DNA of 64,000 nucleotides from Desulfosporosinus sp. (GTDB taxonomy: Bacteria > Bacillota > Desulfitobacteriia > Desulfitobacteriales > Desulfitobacteriaceae). Shown here piece after piece: positions 63,398 through 64,000 of this stretch (within the stretch, counting starts at the first letter, position 1; every line of letters starts with the position of its first letter). The notes beneath the pieces were generated by a model. It had not been told where the DNA came from, searched no databases, and saw only the letters and a list, made by a program, of their open reading frames with translations. A program made the position numbers and the translations under genes. The stretch spans positions 1,634-65,633 of the forward strand of contig JARLHW010000214.1 of NCBI GenBank assembly GCA_031292075.1. The letters run 5' to 3'.

Positions 63398-64000
63398 TCA
63401 AGAAAAGGAATCTTGCTCTCTCTCCACCGCTCTTGCCAGGGTTTTTGTCATAATCCCCATGGCAATAACAAGATAAGCCAGATCAAAATAGGCTCTCCCC
63501 AGAGTTAAGCCATTGATCATAAAACCGATAAGTGAGAGTTGAATCGCCACGGCATAATGAGAAAGCCATTGATGCTCAGGATGTTCTGCAAACTTACGCC
63601 GAACTCTATTCAGACTTGCAAGGAGTGAACAGAGGAGCACGAGAAAGATCATGAGACCGACAAACCCATTCTCTCCAAGCATCTGAAAATAGATGCTGTG
63701 GGCAGCATGAAAATTGTTGGGGTCAGGCGCATATCTCTCAAAGATCCTCTGACTCTGGGTAATAGCCAATCCCCCTCCGGTGAACGGCCTGTCAACAGCA
63801 ATATTCCAGGCATTATGCCACGCATTGACACGCCCCATGAAGGAAGAGTCCTCCTTCATATCACTTGTGTTAATAGTGTTCATACGCTCTGTCCATTTCT
63901 CGGTAAGAAAAAATGACAAGAAAAATCCCAGGATGCAGAGTGTCAGGATGTTTCTCACCTTGTTTTTACTGACAAGAGAAATAAGGAGGAGAAGGACGGC
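63398..64000 (-). CDS. O-antigen ligase/polymerase-like protein (exosortase-system type), 5'-partial
   Basis: SFMGR..AW, RP.TGGG, AAHSIYFQMLGE.G; the frame runs off the window edge. Confidence 0.85.
   Translation of the reverse strand, partial: AVLLLLISLVSKNKVRNILTLCILGFFLSFFLTEKWTERMNTINTSDMKEDSSFMGRVNAWHNAWNIAVDRPFTGGGLAITQSQRIFERYAPDPNNFHAAHSIYFQMLGENGFVGLMIFLVLLCSLLASLNRVRRKFAEHPEHQWLSHYAVAIQLSLIGFMINGLTLGRAYFDLAYLVIAMGIMTKTLARAVEREQDSFS

Overview
This window is most consistent with a sulfate-reducing deltaproteobacterial chromosome (Desulfobacterota-like; inferred from gene content). It has two parts. (1) 1-21.9 kb is the end of a mostly AT-rich genomic island. It abuts the 5' half of a tRNA-Arg(TCT) gene that breaks off exactly after the anticodon loop. 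The island holds an intact IS3 element interrupting a membrane-protein gene, a truncated HU/IHF gene, a SIR2 + NDT/TIR-like + HEPN-like three-domain protein (candidate anti-phage effector), an hsdM stub, an M48 peptidase and IS scars. It also holds a 15.3-kb signalling cassette (hemerythrin, MCP, hybrid kinase, receiver, two PAS-LuxR proteins, CheB/CheR fusion) bracketed by a perfect 120-bp direct repeat of the island end. (2) 21.9-64 kb is core-like genome: a cysteine synthase fused to a CysRS whose HIGH/KMSKS motifs are degenerate, DciA, a nitrogen-assimilation cluster (glnA, GSIII, glnD, PII, two amtB) sharing a candidate operator, mtnA, manC/manB, housekeeping genes, selO, CoA-transferase genes, a decayed sat/cysC, and part of an exosortase-associated exopolysaccharide locus. 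All calls come from reading the sequence and recalling family motifs; no database searches were run.
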